A stretch of 64,000 nucleotides of DNA from contig JAANOX010000251.1 of NCBI GenBank assembly GCA_020184695.1, positions 101,463-165,462 on the forward strand. Reading direction: 5' to 3'. Below are positions 59,388-64,000 of this stretch, piece after piece. A program made the translations under genes and the position numbers. The notes under the pieces were generated by a model that was given only the letters and a program-made list of their open reading frames with translations, searched no databases and was not told the DNA's origin. Origin of the DNA: Histomonas meleagridis 2922-C6/04-290x. Lineage: Eukaryota; Protista; Parabasalia. Every line of letters starts with the position of its first letter. Position 1 is the first letter of the stretch.

Positions 59388-61508
59388 ATGCTTTTTATCG
59401 TTTATGCAATATTTACAGTATCAACGATATATGGAGTAGACATTGGATCAGAAAAGATTAAGGTAGGAATGGCTACTAAGGATGGCGAAATTGGGATTCA
59501 ACCATCACATATTAACAAAAGATACACTCAGAATATTTTAAGTTATGGACTGAAAGATAGTGAAGTTGATCCTCTTAACAATAAGTGGTATGTCGATTCG
59601 GAAGCCATTGTAATTTCTTCTCAAAATAATTCTCGTTCTGTGAAAAATCCATTTAATTATTTAACAAATCCAAAAGAATTTCCGTTTCCACACATCCACC
59701 CTGTAGCAGCTTCAGCCATTGTTCTTGGCTCCTTGGTACCATCATTTATTCCAAAAACCGATACCATTATATCTGTAATTCCAACATCATCTACGCCACA
59801 GTTCAGATCTGCATTATATGAAGCTCTCCAATTAACAAATGTCAAATCACCAGTGCTTCTTGACCATAACACTGCAATTGCCACATTTTATGCGACTGAG
59901 AAAATAAATCGCACAATGCGTGGATCATCAGATATCATGTTTATTGACATTGGTGCACTTCAAACAGAGATAAGTCATTGGCGATTTAGTGTTAAGAATT
60001 CTGTAGTTAATGTAGAATTAATTCATTTTAATTATTCCCATAAAATCTGTGGAAACTCGATTGATAAGTTACTTCTTGAGTATGCAGTCCAAAAAATCGG
60101 TAAATCTCCTTCTGAAATCGATCTCGACGAGCTCGAAAGGCAAATGAAAAAGGCGAAAGAAGAATTTCACTTCAAAGAAACCGTTACGGTTAATCTCACA
60201 AAAAAATTCAATGTTTTATTTAACATAACTCTTGATGAAATCAAAGAAATAACAAAACCAATGTTTAATGAATTATTGGCATTACTTAAAACATTCAAAA
60301 CGCCTGATTCAATTGAATTAGTTGGTGGTGCTACCAGATTCCCACTTTTTAACACCACTATTTTTGAGTTTTATGAAAACATACCGGTTTATAGATCAAT
60401 GAATATTGACGAAGCAGCAGTTCTTGGCGCACTTTATCATGAAGCGCTTCGTTCTAAAATAATAAGCGGAATTAAGTTGAACGTTACCAAACCGTCACTT
60501 TTCGGTTATTCCGTCAGAAAAAGTCAAAAAGAACTGAAATTACTTGAACAAAACTCAAAGTTTGCAAAACGAATTATAACACTGTTAGAAAAGGATGACT
60601 TCAAGTTCTCACTTCGAGCTAGCAATCTTGACTATATTGACTATGATGTAACAGGTTTAACTCAAATATCTCATGCAAATAAAGGAAAACTTAGGAACGA
60701 AACATTCGTTTCAAATGCAACGTTCGATTATATCCCATCGATTGATTCATATGGTCTTGTTAATATCAAAGCTACAAACTTTGTTGGTGACAGAGAAAAG
60801 ATTTGGACGCTTCAAGTCGAAGAAATTCCAACAAAAGAAGAAATGAGGGTACCACATAAAGCAGGAAGAGTTGTTAGCACAGCTTTATCCAAGATAAAAG
60901 AATCTCGAAAGAATCCATCACTTGCTAATCGACTTCAAGTTTTGGTGTTTACAACGCTAGACAAGCTTCTCTATGATCCTTATATGGAAATGGTCACAAC
61001 GCCTGAGGAAAGAGATTCGCTTGTTTCTTTTTTGGAGGAAGTGAAATTAAATATGACATCTGAAACAAACGTAAGAGCTTACAGGGACCTTATATCCCGG
61101 ACAGAGTTGCGTTTACGCGGACCTATTCTCCGAGCAAACGAACTTGAAGATCGTCAACTTGCAATTGAGACATTGCAGGCGGCTATAGAAAAGGCAGAAG
61201 AAATGCTTCCAAAGGCAACAACTGATGAAGCTGCAATAAAAAGCTTCAGAGACTTTTACAATTTCACAAAAATTTGGTGTGAAGCTTCAGCTTCTCAAAA
61301 CTCCGAACCACTTTCAAACCCAATAATTTTGTCAAAGGATATATACAGAAGAGCAAATAAGTTAGTTGCGAGAATCCCTGAGTTGTTTGCAAGGAAAAGA
61401 CACGTGCCTCATTTCAGAACTGCACCGCCCGAACCGCCACAAGCTCAGAAAAAAGATACAGAAAAGTTGAACAAAACCGATGAAAACAAAGAAAATCAAG
61501 AACTGTAA
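59388..61508 (+). CDS. ER-luminal Hsp70-family chaperone (Grp170/HYOU1-like)
   Basis: Signal peptide, GVDIG, FIDIG and IELVGGATRFP motifs; C-terminal NQEL (KDEL-like). Confidence 0.8.
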   Translation: MLFIVYAIFTVSTIYGVDIGSEKIKVGMATKDGEIGIQPSHINKRYTQNILSYGLKDSEVDPLNNKWYVDSEAIVISSQNNSRSVKNPFNYLTNPKEFPFPHIHPVAASAIVLGSLVPSFIPKTDTIISVIPTSSTPQFRSALYEALQLTNVKSPVLLDHNTAIATFYATEKINRTMRGSSDIMFIDIGALQTEISHWRFSVKNSVVNVELIHFNYSHKICGNSIDKLLLEYAVQKIGKSPSEIDLDELERQMKKAKEEFHFKETVTVNLTKKFNVLFNITLDEIKEITKPMFNELLALLKTFKTPDSIELVGGATRFPLFNTTIFEFYENIPVYRSMNIDEAAVLGALYHEALRSKIISGIKLNVTKPSLFGYSVRKSQKELKLLEQNSKFAKRIITLLEKDDFKFSLRASNLDYIDYDVTGLTQISHANKGKLRNETFVSNATFDYIPSIDSYGLVNIKATNFVGDREKIWTLQVEEIPTKEEMRVPHKAGRVVSTALSKIKESRKNPSLANRLQVLVFTTLDKLLYDPYMEMVTTPEERDSLVSFLEEVKLNMTSETNVRAYRDLISRTELRLRGPILRANELEDRQLAIETLQAAIEKAEEMLPKATTDEAAIKSFRDFYNFTKIWCEASASQNSEPLSNPIILSKDIYRRANKLVARIPELFARKRHVPHFRTAPPEPPQAQKKDTEKLNKTDENKENQEL

Positions 61509-61557
61509 AATATAAAGCTTTCAATGTTTTTTTAAAGACCGATAGGAAACTTTTTCT

Positions 61558-62244
61558 GTGCCTAATGTAAATACATTTATGAATTTTCAGCAAGCATTTG
61601 CTAATTTTCCATCATTTTTTAAAAGAAATGAACCTCAAGAAGAACAACCACCTGAACCAGAAAAAAAGGAAGAAACAATATTTGGAATGGATATTCATCT
61701 TATACCTGTAAATGATAATGGTTGTCCAATATTCTTGCCAATCGTCATTGATGAAATTATCAAAAATGCTGAAGTCCAAGGACTTTTTCGTATTTGCGGT
61801 AATCACAGAATTGTTCAAGAACTTGGACATGCAGCATTAAATCCGGTTAATTTTGTTCCACCAGCTGAATGCCGTATTCACGAATATACTTCCTTTCTCA
61901 AGCAGTGGCTACGCTCACTACCTGAACCAATTCTTACAAATGATGTTGTGAATAACTATTATAACAAAGAAGATCCCAAATCTGTTTCTGAAATGTTATT
62001 GTATCTCGACCCCTTAAATCGTAGATGTGTTGCTCTTATATTTAAAGCCTTACGTGCTATACTTAGCAAATCGTCAATCAATATGATGACATTTCAGAAT
62101 CTTGATATCTGCTTTAATCTTTCTTTCCTTCAAACTGATTCTAAATTCCAATACAAAGATGATTTTGAGTTTGAACCTTTCTACACAGTATTAGTTCAAA
62201 AACTGAACAAAGAAGGAAACGATTTTGTTTTCGATTGCGTTTGA
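61558..62244 (+). CDS. RhoGAP-domain protein
   Basis: VQGLFRICG (Arg finger), FLKQWLRSLPEPIL, NMMTFQNLDICF. Confidence 0.85.
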   Translation: MPNVNTFMNFQQAFANFPSFFKRNEPQEEQPPEPEKKEETIFGMDIHLIPVNDNGCPIFLPIVIDEIIKNAEVQGLFRICGNHRIVQELGHAALNPVNFVPPAECRIHEYTSFLKQWLRSLPEPILTNDVVNNYYNKEDPKSVSEMLLYLDPLNRRCVALIFKALRAILSKSSINMMTFQNLDICFNLSFLQTDSKFQYKDDFEFEPFYTVLVQKLNKEGNDFVFDCV

Positions 62245-62465
62245 TTTATCCGGACTCAAAACTCATTTATGCATTCTAAACTCAAATTGCATAATTTTTA
62301 TTTTAAAAAGAATTATTTTTAAACATTATCCATTATATTAAATTTTAATTTTGAAAAACTATTGTATGAAAATCACAAATATATATTTAGTGTTAATTTG
62401 CTAATACAATTTGTTCTTGAAAAATATTGGTCTATATTAGTATCTAATCTTATTCATTTATCGAA

Positions 62466-62537
62466 TCGCTGATAGTGTAATGGTTATCATGTAGGATTGT
62501 CGTTCCTGTGATCCGGGTTCGATTCCCGGTCAGCGAG
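62466..62537 (+). tRNA. tRNA-Asp(GTC)
   Basis: Full cloverleaf: TCGCTGA/TCAGCGA acceptor stem, loop TT-GTC-GT, T arm CCGGG-TTCGATT-CCCGG, followed by an oligo-T Pol III terminator. Confidence 0.95.
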
Positions 62538-62589
62538 TTTTTTTGCTATATAATATATTTTTCATTGAATTCGATGTTTTCAAAAGAAT

Positions 62590-63075
62590 TACTATCAAAT
62601 AACATTCGATTTGTTCGCCCTTCAGAAATGGAAGCTTTAATTTGTCTACGAATACATTTGAAACAAAAAAGATGTCCTTGAGATAGCTAAGAACATTAAT
62701 GTTTGATCTGAAGAATATTCTGAAGATTATATTGTTACTAGTACATATGATCCACGTCTAAGTTTTGCATATATTGCTAATGTTGGACCTGTTCTTATGA
62801 ACCACCAATGGTAAAGTCGAACATGTTATTTCTCTTTTAACGGATGACGATAAATATGCAGCAGCAGTTCGTAAAGTATTACTTCGATTAGCAGAATGTT
62901 TACCATATTATCTTGTAGCAGAAGGATATACATATAATGAATTTGCAGATTGTCATCCACATTATGCATCATTAAATCTTGAAAGTTTACCTGATTCTAA
63001 ATATCCAAAAATTGCCGATTTTACGCCGAGGAAATTATCCAATTTTTTTCGCGATAAAAATTTGAGAAATCGTTA
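62590..63075 (+). pseudogene. Degraded coding remnant, possibly transposase-derived
   Basis: Protein-like pieces (RFVRPSEMEALICLR; ISLLTDDDKYAAAVRKVLLRLAECLPYYL) separated by stops and frameshifts. Confidence 0.3.
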
Positions 63076-63237
63076 AAAAATACGATTCATTTCTGTAAAT
63101 AATATGATCGTATATACATTCGAATTTGTATTCGTATTCCGGTTTTGGGTTAAATTTCTTATTAAAAAAGTTATTGTAAGATCGCGTCAAAGGTAGATAA
63201 AAATAGCGCCAATTTCATAATTTTATTTGGATTCCCC

Positions 63238-63321
63238 AAATACTCCCAATTGTACTATAAATACTCCCAATTGTATCATAAATACTCCCAAGTGTACTAT
63301 ATATATACCCAATTGTTACCA
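63238..63321. repeat. Tandem repeat, about 4 x 21 bp
   Basis: AAATACTCCCAATTGTACTAT at 63238, 63259 and 63280, degenerate at 63301. Confidence 0.8.
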
Positions 63322-63567
63322 AATCCTTCCAAATGTTTTATTACATCTTAAATCATTATCCCGAACATCATTATATTTTCAAACTTCTTCATTTTTTGAT
63401 TACAAATTTTAATTACTTTATTTTCTAATGTTTCATTCATATTTTTTGATATTTTATACTTAATTTATTACTTATTTGAAATTGTTTTTATATTATTAAT
63501 TTATCTTATATATTTTATTCATTATTTAAAAAATAATTCAGTTTTTTTACTTGAGAAGTTAAGTTAG

Positions 63568-64000
63568 CTAATGGGCACCTTGGTGCTGTAAGAGAAGATG
63601 CTTACATGGAATTCCGAACATTATACAAATATTGCAGCATTCCGAATTGTATTCACCAATGCATCCAACTCTATTCATTTGATTGTATTCACTTAAAACA
63701 ATGCTAAGTGCAACTGATCCTATTTTCAATGCATCTTCTCGTAAAATTCGTTTATCTGATGCTGATAATATTCTTAATTTTTCACCCCTTAAATATACAG
63801 CACGAAATATCAATGGTAGTGAAAGAATTTGATGATCAGTTAAGTTATTTAAGCTACCAAAAAAACTTCAACTCGATTTGAAGTATTATTGTCAGCGTGC
63901 ATGTATTTATTTGTTATACTTGGTAGCCAATGTTCTTTTTCTTCAAGGAGGTATATTAATATATTCGCACCTTTAGTATTTGGAATATCATTAATATATT
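63568..64000 (-). mobile_element. Mutator-like (MULE) transposase C-terminal remnant, cut by window end
   Basis: SWIM-like zinc finger CCNICIMFGIPCKH. Confidence 0.6.

Overview
This is AT-rich, almost intron-free eukaryotic DNA, most consistent with a parabasalid (trichomonad, Tritrichomonas-like) genome. That assignment is an inference from TCAY initiator motifs just upstream of ATGs, stops overlapping TAAA, BspA-like LRR genes and DUF3447-type ankyrin loci. The window holds about 20 protein genes (BspA-like, Rho-like, TBC-like, NTF2-RRM, CLASP-like, Kelch, WDR17-like, PDI-like, PH, UBL-UBA, ER Hsp70-like, RhoGAP), several pseudogenes, one tRNA-Asp(GTC), a decayed Helitron that carries a USP-type protease region and a nested TA-flanked Tc1 element with a Myb tail, a MULE fragment, and several long inverted repeats. 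The strongest unexplained signal is at four ankyrin loci (12.7-15.3, 23.8-24.0, 29.3-29.7 and 35.0-36.3 kb). There, stop-free 90-nt ankyrin modules (one is 96 nt) alternate with AT-rich spacers at the same beta-hairpin position. The 26 spacers, counted by hand, are 80 nt (15), 63 nt (6), 60 nt (3), 81 nt (1) and 83 nt (1). They are out of frame and/or usually contain stops, have no conserved GT-AG or AT-AC ends, and look like 3-4 degenerate 20-nt blocks. This points to non-canonical intervening sequences or a cassette array. No database search could be run, so novelty is unverified. Some frameshifts lie in homopolymer runs and may be assembly errors.
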